A DNA stretch of 63,804 bases, counting the filler, from Reticulomyxa filosa (Eukaryota > Protista > Foraminifera): NCBI GenBank assembly GCA_000512085.1. It is 22 parts of 22 records of this genome, joined end to end, with 100 filler letters (N's around TTAATTAATTAA, not from the genome) between each part and the next. Parts side by side here need not be neighbours in the genome. Positions count along the whole stretch, not along the records: positions 1 to 1,254 come from ASPP01005612.1; positions 1,355 to 3,418 come from ASPP01027532.1; positions 3,519 to 6,877 come from ASPP01026873.1; positions 6,978 to 9,194 come from ASPP01036877.1; positions 9,295 to 10,644 come from ASPP01000706.1; positions 10,745 to 11,819 come from ASPP01036979.1; positions 11,920 to 19,270 come from ASPP01047384.1; 15 more parts are not named here. One strand, 5' to 3'. The notes below the pieces were generated by a model. It did not search any database. It saw only the letters and a program-made list of their open reading frames with translations, and was not told the DNA's origin. Made by a program: the position numbers and the translations under genes. The first letter of the stretch is position 1. Every line of letters begins with the position of its first letter. Below are positions 1-12,749 of the stretch, piece by piece.

Positions 1-433
1 CCCCCCCTCCCTGGAAGTCAAACAAATCAACATTCGACAAAAGATTAAACACGAAACTGATTCCAGTGATTTGTTTGATGTACTTGATGCAACTGGTGTC
101 GGTTGTGCTAATGTTGGAGCAATAACCAAGTGGCAGACCATAAATGCTTCGGAGGGTTTGATTCGTGCATGTTTCCATGTCTGGAGCAGACACTAATGTA
201 GCCGCAACGTTGAACAGATAACTAAAGTTTCGCACATATGCAACTGTATCATTATCCCATACTGTAAAGTACGGTATTTGTGATGAACTTGTCAGCCGGT
301 ATGGACACAAGTCGTACGTAGCGTTGGTTGTTATCCATTGGCATGACCATGATGCACTTAACCCTTGTCCAAAATAAAGTGCAAACAATGAGACCAACAA
401 TAAGATTGGCTTTGTCATTTTCAGTGATTGCAT
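1..433 (-). CDS. Secreted/membrane protein N-terminus, probable mannose-6-phosphate-receptor-homology (MRH/ATG27-like) domain; runs off the window edge
   Basis: Not in the ORF track. Manual translation: MQSLKMTKPILLLVSLFALYFGQGLSA|SWSCQWITTNATYDLCPYRL...RNFSYLFNVAA...C. Signal-peptide-like hydrophobic stretch, C..YDL.P and Y.FNV motifs as in MRH domains, several N-x-S/T sequons. Confidence 0.55.
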   Translation of the reverse strand, partial: MQSLKMTKPILLLVSLFALYFGQGLSASWSCQWITTNATYDLCPYRLTSSSQIPYFTVWDNDTVAYVRNFSYLFNVAATLVSAPDMETCTNQTLRSIYGLPLGYCSNISTTDTSCIKYIKQITGISFVFNLLSNVDLFDFQGGG

Positions 434-948
434 TTTATTTCGTAATATTGATATTTTTTTCACTCACTCCCCAACATCTTTATCTGGTTACATTTTTTTT
501 TTTTCTTAGTTAAAATCTTTTTTAGTATTTTAACTTGTTCTAACACGTTTGCAGCTATTTTCGCACATGGGAGAATCAATTTACAAAAAGCTAGTGTTGT
601 TGTTCGTTTTTAACTAAACAATGAAATTTGTTGAAATAGTGTTATTAATTTTTACTATCCTTTAAAAACCAAAACTAAAATTTAGATAAAGGAAAAGTAG
701 AATAGAAATCATTAAAAAAAAAGGAAAGTGGTGATATGTACAGATAAACTTGCAAGGAAAAAAAGAAAAAGCTGTGTACCATTAGTATATTTGATGCTTT
801 TTTGTGAGAAGATTAGCAGTATTATTTGCTTTGTGCTGTCAAATCCAAGCGAAAAAAACATTTTAAAAGTGTATACTACTAGCCGGACAGAGTGTTTGTG
901 AGGACAAGAGAAAAAGTAACAAAAAAAAACCCTTTGGTGCTTGAACTC

Positions 949-1216
949 ATGGGCAATGGATGTTGCTGTGAAACGTACCGGCCAAGATACAAGCTTCATG
1001 TTCGAGCCGCGGTCTTTGAAGGAAAAGTTAAGGGATTTGTTTTCACTGGACGCAATAGTGGACATGTCGTTCATCAACAGCTAGCAAAAACAAAACGACA
1101 GACATCCGACCTTGGTGAATATGCTTTCCGAATCCGAACGCAATTGCATTCGATAAGCCGATATTTAAAAAAGCAAGTGGAGACGAATATGAGCAATCGA
1201 AAGTCGGATATTTTCT

Positions 1217-1254
<38 letters not shown>
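949..1254 (+). CDS. Hypothetical protein N-terminus with MGNGCCC dual-acylation signal; truncated
   Basis: First ATG of ORF 892..1302 is at 949 and gives Met-Gly followed by a Cys cluster. Divergent from the gene starting at 433. Confidence 0.5.
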
Positions 1255-1354
1255 NNNNNNNNNNNNNNNNNNNNNNNNNNNNNNNNNNNNNNNNNNNNTT
1301 AATTAATTAANNNNNNNNNNNNNNNNNNNNNNNNNNNNNNNNNNNNNNNNNNNN
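1255..1354. other. Artificial contig linker (first of 21)
   Basis: 44 N + TTAATTAATTAA (stops in all six frames) + 44 N. Recurs starting at 3419, 6878, 9195, 10645, 11820, 19271, 20466, 22119, 23728, 24961, 32262, 36431, 39728, 41066, 42674, 53751, 54942, 57491, 58869 and 60850. Confidence 0.99.
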
Positions 1355-2885
1355 TGCATATTCGATTGCAAGTATTTAACACTTGCCTCAAATTTTTGGA
1401 TTAAAATTTGTCTTTTGTATGAGTTGTAGTTTCTTTTGGTTTTTTTTAATGATAATTTTAATGTTCTCCATCCAGCTCACCTGATATCTTAATCAAATTA
1501 TATTCATCGTAAAAAATGTCTGAACTTTAATATTTTAAATCTTAAAGAAAGTAGAAAACATGCAAAAAGATTTGATTTGATTTTCACTTGTGTCTTTGAA
1601 TAAACTGATAACTGGAATTAATTGCAAGTGATAATATGCAATAGACTCTCTCTCTATTGTTTAGAGTTGGTACCAAGAAAAAACAAACAATAAGCGCTCC
1701 AAAGAGACACACGTAAGACTGTGCGAAATTAGGAATTGATTCTTGCCACTATTCGGCAAAAAGAACTTCGAGTAGTATCCTCTTACTGTCATGTAGGAGT
1801 AGATGACAAAAAGAATACGTATAACAGAAAGGAAGAAGACTATAAGAAAAAGAAAAGGAGGAGCAAGAAAATGATAAAAATATGAATAATAAAACAAGAG
1901 TTAAAAAAAAAGATACGAATGAAATGGCGAAAAGATGAAAATGAAGAAGAGGCCAACAATGATGACAATGAAAGTCTTAATGTCATCAAAACATCTAAAC
2001 TATTTTATATTGTGTTTTGTGTGAATTTTTCGTGACTGCAAAGCAATAACAAGAGTGATGATTAAGTAAGAAAGAATGATGAAACTATTCATATTTGTTA
2101 TGCGCTGTTTTGGTAAGCGTTCGTTTTTATTTCAGTGTATTTTAAGTGAAACGAAATCGTCATGTACGTAAGATGTAGTGAGAATAAAACAATTTGACGA
2201 CAATCTTATTAAAACAAAATAGAAAAAGAAATAATTTTGGATTTTAATAACTTTAAATGTGGCTTGAATTCTAACAATACTAGAAACAAGAATAAGACAG
2301 TCAAGAAAGGGGCGATTTACTTGTCCTCAAACTGCTTTGTTGTGGTTGAAATGTTCTGTCGTACGTTTTCGACGTGCTTCGTATGTTGTTTCTTTTATGT
2401 AATTGTTTTTAGAATTCATATTTTCCCAAATTTGTTTCACTTGCTTCAAAAACTTTTTTATAATGGATTTTTTTTTTGCAAATTTCAGTATTGCTATCAA
2501 TTCTACCTTTTTCATTTAAAAAACTTTATAATGACGAATTTGTAATAGTAAAAACTTTTTTTCATATTTTTTAATAATTTTTTTAAGCCAAAAAACTTTT
2601 ACAAAAATGTGTTGCCATGTATTATCGTAAAAAAAGTTACTTTTTTGACATAATTAACAAATGAAAATATCAAACTTTTTGTCAACGAACAGACGGAGCC
2701 AAAGAAACAAATTTTTTAAAACTCTCCCCCTAGGATTGAGAGGTAACACCGAAAGCCATATTAGAAAAAACAAAGCATATCTTCCGTTAGTTTTTTTTGC
2801 TTTGCACTACTTGACAGCGTGATGCAGGAGCCAGACTCACTGAACTTAAGTGCTTTCGACGGTACTGTGAAAACAACAATATTGT

Positions 2886-3418
2886 TTGTTGGTTGTACCT
2901 ACCATCAAACGTCTCAAAAATAACAAACTCACGAAAGGACTGGACAATTCTGACACGTTACTTCCAGAACCGCCTGTACCTGTGAACATAATGCATAAGA
3001 TAACCAACAGCACTGAAAATGTGACGATTGCACAAAAGCCAGCAATTGGAATCAGTGTCACAAATCAACTTCAACAAACGGACACGTTCTATAATCACTT
3101 ACAAGCAAGCCTCCAAACAAAAACAAAGATAGTGAAAGAAAAAATGACAGCACTTCCATTGGTCCAATCGACAACATTGACAATAGGGCATCAGAAGAAG
3201 AAAGTACATTTAATTTTTTTTTTTGTAAAAAAAAAAAAAAAAGATTGAAGTGATGACGTTTTTTGCTGACTGTGTAAAATCTGCTGACAATGAAAAAAAA
3301 AATGGGGGTGAAACCTTTTAGGGAAAAGCAGCAGAAACGGGTAATGAGCAATCAGCAACGAATTGGTTGTTTGGTCAAATGTCACCATGTGGAGACGACG
3401 CAATGGATTTGGCAACGG
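2886..3418 (+). CDS. Hypothetical protein fragment
   Basis: 120-aa ORF with protein-like composition ending in an intron-like T/A run; no recognisable motif. Confidence 0.3.
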
Positions 3419-3518
3419 NNNNNNNNNNNNNNNNNNNNNNNNNNNNNNNNNNNNNNNNNNNNTTAATTAATTAANNNNNNNNNNNNNNNNNNNNNNNNNN
3501 NNNNNNNNNNNNNNNNNN

Positions 3519-6500
3519 AACAAATTAATTCAAATTGTTTAGAAAGAAAGATACGAATAATAAAATATTTTTTTTAACTTCAATCTTCTTTCAAAAGCAT
3601 TCAAATCAATGAAGATAATCATTTCCTTCGAATCTTACTTGACAGGCGGTCAACACGAATTGTATCTTGGTGATGTTCAATGCATCTTTGCTGTGTCGAT
3701 ATGGATGGAGAGTGGCCACAAATAGTATAGTTATAAATACATGTAGCAAGCGACGATTGCATTTTATCGATTATGCTAATTGTCGAATTGGAGTGAATTG
3801 AATGAAAGTAGTATATGCCAATATGAGTGTTGTTATGCAATTGTATGCACATGATTTCATTTTCATTTCCATAAATATCATTCATAATCAATTATAGTCT
3901 TGGTGAAACACACGTTAATATATTTTAGGAATTCATTGTGTTGACCATATTCATCCACTTTATCTCCTTTCTTCTTTCGATAAATTTATCAATAACCATT
4001 TGTAATATCATTGAAGTGACCAATATATCAATAATACATTTGTATATACTTTGCATCTTTTTTTTCATCTTTCCTTAATATACTCGTTTTATCAATCTTC
4101 TTGTTCTTATTCTTTTGTTCTTCTTCACGTTTTTCTTCATATCATTCTGTTCTGTTTCTTCTTTTCCTGCATCTTCTTCTTCTTCTCGTTCTTCTTTTTG
4201 TTCTTGTCTTGTTCTTGTTCTTCATGTCCTTATTCTTCAGCTTCTTCTCCTGCTCCTTCTTGTTCTTCTGCTCCTTCTTTTTCTTATTCTTATTCTTGTT
4301 ATCTTCTTATTTTTTTTTTTCTTTCATTATTACTTTTTCATTTTTTTTCTTTTTTCAATATTCTTTGTTCTATTTTCTTTTTTTTTTCTATTTCTTTTTT
4401 TTTTCCTTTTTTCTATATTCTTTTTCTTTTTCCTTTTTTCTTTTTTATTATACGCTTTTTTTTTTCTTCCCCTTTTTAATAATTTTTCAACCTTTTTTTT
4501 TCAAACTTATGCATTTTTTATTATTTTTCCCAAATCCACTTCAAGATAGCAAACACAATCAAACTTTTTTGTAACATATATATCCACACAAACAAAGTTA
4601 TATTTTATACTTTTTTAAGGACAACAAAAAGATATATTTAACTGTGACTAGCGGACAACGATTTCGAGTTTCCTTTCCTTTTTTCATGTGATAAATCTTC
4701 AAACTTTTTTTAAGTGAGATTTATAAATAAAGATATGTACATATATTTTTTTTTTTGAAGGGGAATTCCTGCTTCTATATCTTCACAAACACAAACACAG
4801 CCACATTATTTAATAAAAGTATATATAAATGTAAGTATATAATCATACTTTTTTTACTCCTTTCGGAGACAGGGTGGATTTCAACCCCGATTTTCTTTTT
4901 CATTTTTTTTTGTGGAAATAGGGACCATGGAACAATCTTTACCAGCGGGGAAACCTATAACACAAAGCATACAACAGTTAAATATATCCAAAAAAAAAAT
5001 AATAAAACAAACCTGATGTCTTCCTTTCGGAGACAGGAGTGGTTTCTACCCCAACTTCTTTTTTTTTATCATAACAGTATGGCATTCTATTTTATACATA
5101 CACATAATATATAGCTTAAGTTAGACATATAAAAAAAGATTTTACCTTATGTAGGACAAAGTCTTGCAATGGATCGCCACGTCGAGTGCAATTTGTTCTT
5201 TGATATCATCCAATTTAACATCATTTCACCACATTGTCATTCGTATGTACTCTTATACACAAATTACAAAAAAAAATAATGGATATTATTGCAACGATAA
5301 TAAAAAAAATAAAGTTAACTTTGTAATATTACAAATATCGCCGACGTTTGGATAGTAATTTGGGACAGCTTGTGTGTGCAATGAAAGATCCACATTAATG
5401 TTGTCATCGCGATTGAGTTGTGCAATAATATTTGGAGGATTAGTGACAATTTTTGTATGAGTAATTTCAATGATAGGATGAATGATATCATTTAGATAAT
5501 CGTAGCATGATTGGAGGAATAGTGGCATTGTGTCGAGGAAATAGCGCTTGCATATAAATCGACTTTGTCCACGTGTAAAGATATCGTGCGGATTGCGTAA
5601 GTGCAATTGAACAAAACGCCTTTGCAGAAATTGCGCTTCTTTGCACAGCAGATAGTGGGCATCACGATTGACTTGCTCGTCAGATGCGTTATGCACCATC
5701 CATCACACTTGCGCCAATAGCGCATCATTCACTTCAAAGGCATGTGCCGAACAGTTGGGCAAAGACGACTGACTTTCAGTCACACTTTGTGCCAGCAAAT
5801 GCAGCCGGTCGAACATTGTGGTACAGTCAGTATCGTCATTTGCACATGTACTGTTCACCAATGGCATCGCAAAACCGCGCCAACACTTTCCTACGTTATC
5901 ATTTGGTCTGTACAATTTTTTTGCTTGTTTGTTTGTGTGTGTTTAAAAAAAAAAAGAAGAAAAAGAAAAAAACTTAACATTGCAGAATTGGATAGCATTT
6001 GTAAAATTGACGGCAAAGTTGTGGGAGTTGATCTTAAAATGTTTGATTTGACGCCGGACTGTGCACACGTTTGAATATTGCATGCATTGGATTCGACACA
6101 CAATAAGCAAGCTTCATTTGATGGTGGCGTGTTAACAAATCAACTTCGCAATCTGCCAATGTAATTCTGTTTTTGTTTTTTAAAATAATTTTTTTTAACC
6201 AAACAAATCATATATACAATTACTTCTCTCATTTACTATCTCTTGATAGAAATAAATATCATTTTTTTCTTTCGTATAAATTTTTTTTTTTTACACATTT
6301 TCTTTTTTTTTTTTTGTTGTGCATATATATTTTTTTATTGATTTTTTTTTATCATATTGTTTACCTTTGTGACATTGTTTTGAATGTCAATTTGAAAAAA
6401 GTCGATGAATCACCAGAAGTTGATTGGAACACATTCACGACATGTGCTGTGATACATGAATTATTCTCGCAACACTTTGTATTGACCAACAGCGTGATAA

Positions 6501-6877
6501 GCGGAAAACGTATATTTTCGTTTTCGAATAACATCGACCACTTGTGAAAATTCCCACAGATGATAAGATTGTTAATTTGTAGCTTTGTGGGTATTGTGCA
6601 CATTTCCATGTATTTGATATACACACGTAATTGAGATAGTAGCTGACCAATTTATTCAATAATGTTGATAATGTGCACATATTGCTGTGGTGATTTGAGT
6701 GTGTTCGGCCGTTCGTCACGCTCTTGCTTGAACTAAATGTACTCGCACTCGACACAACTAGGAGTGCATCTAATACATGCATTGCCACCAATATAAGCGA
6801 GAATTTCATGCTTCTGCAATAACCAAAGCTGTTAACTATCTTTTTCTTACGTTTGCCCCCTCCACTTCTATTGGACG
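3519..6877 (-). pseudogene. Decayed multi-exon gene(s) of unknown family with a Glu-rich segment
   Basis: Continuous frames are interrupted by in-frame TAG (6733-6735), TAA (6652-6654) and TGA (5703-5705; LLAQV*WMVHNAS joins ORFs 5703..5915 and 5286..5699). GT-AG introns are visible. The Glu-rich tract at ~4060-4310 contains TAA among GAA/CAA codons. Confidence 0.55.
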
Positions 6878-6977
6878 NNNNNNNNNNNNNNNNNNNNNNN
6901 NNNNNNNNNNNNNNNNNNNNNTTAATTAATTAANNNNNNNNNNNNNNNNNNNNNNNNNNNNNNNNNNNNNNNNNNNN

Positions 6978-9194
6978 ATTGCAATACTGATATTGATTTC
7001 ATGTCTTCCAACAATAGAACGATCATATATTTCATTCTCAATCGATTCAAAATCAACCCATTCATCACGATAATTCTGTCCATATTCCAAAGTTGGACAA
7101 TACCATGATCGAATGATACCATCAACTTCCTCCTTGTCAACATAAACAACATCTTGATTGGTAATATCAAATAAAGATTTTGAAATTACAATAGCAGTTG
7201 GATTATCATCATATTTTTGTTCATCTTTCTCTTCTTGTTTTTTTTCTTCGATATCTGAAGAAGGGAAAGAAGGAGATTTTCTTCTATAAGAGCCAATATT
7301 TTTCAATAAGTTATTGTGGATATCTTGTAACATCTCAATAATAGCAACAATGAATAATCCTGGAGTATTTTTGTGTGCAGTGCAATGATTAAAACTTACT
7401 TCTTTATCATTATCGGACAGCTTGGGAATTTTGATCTCTGCTGATCCAATATTAATACGTTCATTCACAAACATATTCCAACATTGTTTGAATCTTTGCC
7501 ACTTTGTAATAGCTTTCTTGTCATTACAATTGCTAATGATAGTATTCATTGTTGTATTTTGGCATTCTCGATATGTCAATCTTCCAGAATATTCCATATA
7601 ACAATATTTCATCCATTGTCCAATAGAAGATAAATACTTTACACGCTCTAATTTGTCAATTATTTTCAAAGTATTAAATAACAAAGGATATTTGTTTGCT
7701 AATTCAATATTGTCGCATAATCTGAATAACAATTCTTCGGATGACATCCTTCGGGTCACCAAAAACAAATTGCGAATAAGAAATTCACTATCATTTTGAA
7801 AGACCATTTCTTCCTTCTTTTCACGAATGATATGACTGATTTCACTGTCATAAACAAGTACTGATTCCAATATTTCTGGTTTGTTGAAATATGATATATA
7901 CTCTTTTTCGAACATTTTTTCAAAATTGTGAATGATAGTTGGAGTCACAACTTGCAATGTCTTTGGGCTTGTTTGATTGTACCACTGTCCAAATTCACAC
8001 AACCAACGATGCAATGCCATAGAGAGCTGTTCCTCATTCAATCCTGTCATTTTACATAATAACATACATTTTTCTTTGGCACGTCTCCATAAAAGTTCGG
8101 TTATATTGTCCGAACTTTGCAACAATTTGATGAGAATTGGGCAACCCTTCAGTTCGCTCACATCTCTTAATAGCATTGTCAAAGAGCTCAGTAATTGTAA
8201 CAATCCACAAATCACTGGAGACATGTCCAGTTGTGATTTAAGGTCAAAATCTACATTTGGATCACGCCTTTTGAAAAAAAAAGGAATAAGCAATAGTTAA
8301 TGGATAAACAGTGTTAAAAAACAACACATACCGATTATCAATTTCAAAATATATGCTGGCTTGATGTGCAAGAAGTTCTGGTTCATCAATCTTGGCAGAG
8401 CACCAAGGATCGGTACATTTGGTAACTCTTCGAACAGTGCCACGTTTTTTCACCAACAAAGCATGTCCATTTCGACAATAATGCAATGAAAAAGTGCTGA
8501 TTTTGATATCCTTTGGTGGCTCTCCCGGCATGTGTTGGTTTTCATATTGATCAGGATTGTTTAGTAATATTGTAAAGGGATTGGCTGTCATAGTTTCATA
8601 TTTGTTCACAAACAAAGTAAAGTAAAGTAAATAATATATAATTCAAAAACGCAAACTGTTGTCTTAAAAACTTTTGGTAATTTGAAGGATTCCTAGCCAA
8701 TGAAAACAAAGCCTGACAACAATAGGATGAATTGTATCTTCAGTATTAGATGAATAAAACATCTTCGATCGTGTATTAGTAGGATCTCGAGCAAGTAAAT
8801 TGATGATGCAGGCAACACTGGGTCCAGGACTGAGAATATTACAACTCAACAGTTGTACTTGTATGTCTATTGCATTTTCTTTCAAGTTTGTTAAATACAC
8901 GGAGCGAAAACAAGAACAAAATTGAGTGTGACTTTATGAGGTCATGTAACTGAATGGAGATGTGCTGGGGGTATCTGATGGGACAAATAAGGCAGCAATC
9001 AATAGAGGAACAAAATCTTCTTTTTCTGTGATAACACAGTTTTTGATAGTATCAATACTTGATAACTTTTTTTTAAAATTATGATATTTATTTGCGAAGG
9101 CTTTGTCGAATGGAGTCTCCAACCATGTATGCTTGTCTCTTGGTTTCAATTCTGAAAATACGCAACTCTGTGTTTCAGATGCAAAGATAGGATA
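6978..9194 (-). CDS. RNF213 (mysterin)-like E3 C-terminal region with RZ finger; partial, possibly pseudogenised
   Basis: Introns 8585-8671 and 8268-8331 join NPFTILLNNP..QHMPGE..HYCRNGH..C..C to a helical region (KYPLL..LERVKYL..I.QW..YSGRLT..KWQRFKQCWN) resembling the RNF213 C-terminus. One in-frame TAA at 8934-8936. Confidence 0.7.
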
Positions 9195-10608
9195 NNNNNN
9201 NNNNNNNNNNNNNNNNNNNNNNNNNNNNNNNNNNNNNNTTAATTAATTAANNNNNNNNNNNNNNNNNNNNNNNNNNNNNNNNNNNNNNNNNNNNACATCT
9301 TTGCAATAACATTATTATTTTTAATGTTTAAATTAATTGAATTTAAACAAAATTTTTATAGTATCGGTAATTGAACATGCAACAACTGAAAAGTCTTTTT
9401 TAGTGGTTGGGAAATTAATTACATGAAAATGAAAAGTTTCATTAGTTAGGATTTACAAAAAATAAGTTATTGTTCTCATATTGATTTATATTTTGCTATT
9501 TTATTTTGAAAAGCAATGCGCGGGAAAAATTAAGTTGGTGTTATAATCCGCAAGCAATAAATAAAATGAGAATCATGCATTTAATAATGTTAGTCGTGAT
9601 GTATTTTTGATTCATTAGACAAAAGCGAAAAGATGATAAACAAAAAGATTAAACGCAAACAGCCCTTTTTTCAATCCGGAAATGCATTTCCAGAACAACA
9701 ATATTTTTTTCTAACTCTAGAAACAAGTTTTTCTTGTCACCTTTTTTTTTATCAAACTATGAAAAAGAAAAGGATTGTCTTTTCCCGTGGTTCATTGGTT
9801 TTCAAGTTTCTCACTTTTTGTTTTGTTTTTTCCTTTTTTTCCTCGTTTCTCTGTTCTTTGGTTTTGTTTCTGGTTATCACTTGATTAATTTAAAGTTGTA
9901 GGCTTAGTGTTTTTCTATTCATTATGGAACTGTTGCAATGCAAAATTCTTTCAAAAAAGGTTTTTTCGTTTTATTGAATTACTTTGTAGGATCTTTTTGA
10001 AAATATGCCTTAAATTGGAGGATAAAGCAACATAAACATTCATATTGGCAATATTCCAAAAAAAGCATTTTTTATTTTTATAAGCTTTGATACACAACAA
10101 TAAAACTTTAAAACTGTTGGTATGCTTTCTGGTCAAATTTATGTTGGGCTATCCAACCAAATGGCGACTGCCTCCAAAAAAAAAAAAATTTGAAATGTTC
10201 CAGGGAGGCAGTTCTGTTTATATAAAGATCTTGACTTGTCCAAACATGACAGAGGAACAAAAAAATCATATAGTTATGTATTTTTTCTTTTTTGCAAATA
10301 TCTGTTATTTGAATTTGGCCTTGCCCCTCAAGACTGGTTTTGAGTGTGTGTTGCTGTGTATACATATAATTTGTTGAAACGATTAAAAAACTGCCAATGG
10401 TGAGATGAGGCTGGACAACACGAAGCAGGGAAAGTGTCGCTAGTGACAATATTTTGGGACTATGAAAGTTGCCCATGTTCAATGACGAGTACGCCACCTC
10501 GTTTAGTAAAGCGCATCAAAGAAGTTGTTGACGACTATTTGCAATGCTCTGTCCAAAAAGTTTGTGTTTTATCAAAAAAAAAAAAAAAAAAGTATTGTTA
10601 ATGTATAC

Positions 10609-10644
<36 letters not shown>

Positions 10645-11920
10645 NNNNNNNNNNNNNNNNNNNNNNNNNNNNNNNNNNNNNNNNNNNNTTAATTAATTAA
10701 NNNNNNNNNNNNNNNNNNNNNNNNNNNNNNNNNNNNNNNNNNNNAAAGAACTAATATTTACCGAAAGAAATGTCTCTAAACGAATAGCTCCATCTAACAG
10801 CGTGAATTCAATTATTCAATAGCTCGATAACGAAAAAAAGAAACAAACAACGCGTTGAAAACATTGAGTCAAATATTCAAAGTTTCTGCAGATATTGACA
10901 CAGAAACTAAGCTTACAAGTAAAAGTGAAATGCAATTCTACAAGCAAGTACAAATGTAGTCATAGATAGAGAAGCAGAGTTTCGTGTCGCGCTATTACGA
11001 TGAAAGAGTCCTGATTGTTTAGAGCGTCGTTGACATGTACATTGATTGATTGCTTGCAAAAAAGAGTTTACGTACCAGTAGAGACACGGCCAGCAAGTAT
11101 TACAAAAAATCAAGATATTGTCCAAGAGTGAAAAGAGCATTGACATTCACAGAAAGAATTCAAGGAAAGGTTATGCAATTTGCGTGAAAATATCGCTCTG
11201 ACTATATGTTGCTCGACGTGAAATAGACTGTCAGTGATGAGGCGTTCGTTTGAGTATCTCAAGTTGGTTGCCTTCACAGTCACAAACTGTAAGTTGGAGA
11301 ATAAAGATACTTGTTTGAATCAACAAGGCATTTTTATTTACTGAACTTTTGTAAAAAAAAACTGGTTTGGAGTTGCAATAACTCTCATTTTGTTTTAACA
11401 TTTTATTACTTTTTCCAATTGATATTTCAAAATTCTTCTATTTCAATATTTTTCAAATTTTCAATCAAATATTGTATCTCTAAGAAAAAAAAATTTTGGA
11501 CTTTTTTTATGAGTTCGGTCATCGTGCAAGGCTACTTGAAATTTTTTAAAGAAAGATGAATTAATTAACTTTTTTAATCTCACACTTTGTTGGCCAATTA
11601 CAAAAAAAAAAAGATTAATTCACTCCAGCAAAAGGCAAACATGTAAGAGAAGACACGCTCTGGAAAGCGGGCAATCCGTGTAATTCAAACGGGTTTGTAG
11701 CTTAGCAACGAATGATACAATAAAGAAGAAAGACAGCAAACGCGGAAAAATAGAGTGAAATTGAAATGTTGAGACTGGACGATCAATTGGCAAGGATTAG
11801 GATGACTTTGTTGTTTGGTNNNNNNNNNNNNNNNNNNNNNNNNNNNNNNNNNNNNNNNNNNNNTTAATTAATTAANNNNNNNNNNNNNNNNNNNNNNNNN
11901 NNNNNNNNNNNNNNNNNNNA

Positions 11921-12718
11921 TTGAATTGCATATCCAAACCTATGGAAGATATGCTAAGCAGTGAAAAAAGTGAAGAGTATCTCAGTATGGGTATCTATGC
12001 GATAATGAATTTGAAAGACTCTTTTTTGAAGTTGAACAAAACTCCAAAAGAATTGGAAATGATGTACAAGTCAAGCAATGTGGATATTGTGTTATTTTTT
12101 TGGCCAGACATTGACTCATTCACAGATATTAAACGAGGCAATTCTTCTTCCCTTTTTTTGAGAGTGTTATTGGAAGTCTGTTCGACTGTTTGCATAAAGG
12201 TATCGCAGAGTGAATTGGACAATTTTTACATGGACAAACAAACTGTGCAAGACAAGACAGACGAAAAAGAAAAAGAAAAAGAAAATGAAAAAGAAGAAGA
12301 AGAAGGAGAACAGAGCATGGGAAGTGGAATTCAAGTCGGAGTGAAAAAAGAACAAAAGATCAACGTGTCTTGCAATGTTGAGAAAATGCAGTCATTTTCA
12401 ATTGAGAAGGAAATAAAGCAAGATAGCTCAAACGGAAGTGTAACATCAGAGCGTGCATTTGCAATCGAAGGAGCACGGTCCACCATTTTATGTCATTGTT
12501 CCATTCGAGAACATGTCACCGAGTCAAGGACACTTCAGTTTGTATATTCAAGCGAAGAAGAATTGATCAATTACATTAGACAAATCACAAAAACATATCG
12601 ATTAAAACTTTGGAGTGAGACATTTGATACCTGGGAAAAGACATCTATTTTCGCAAAGGCCATTTATCCTGAGTTGATTGAGGTTCCAAAATTTTCTATT
12701 GAATTTGTATATATGCAC

Positions 12719-12749
<31 letters not shown>

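Noticed and set aside
4051-4574. Phe/Ser/Leu-rich + strand ORFs (also 52196-52916 and the minus-strand ORFs at 60894-61696)
   Set aside because: They are shadows of purine-rich low-complexity sequence on the opposite strand or of poly-T/poly-A runs.
4866-4890. tRNA T-arm-like GGGGTTGAAATCC on the minus strand
   Set aside because: No acceptor, D or anticodon arms can be built around it.
5703-5705. Selenocysteine or alternative genetic code for in-frame stops
   Set aside because: All three stop types interrupt the same decayed region, and intact genes terminate normally with TAA/TGA.
9295-11819. Short ORFs in contigs 5-6 (also 23828-24960 and 41166-42673)
   Set aside because: No sustained frame or recognisable motif; at most heavily decayed coding remnants.
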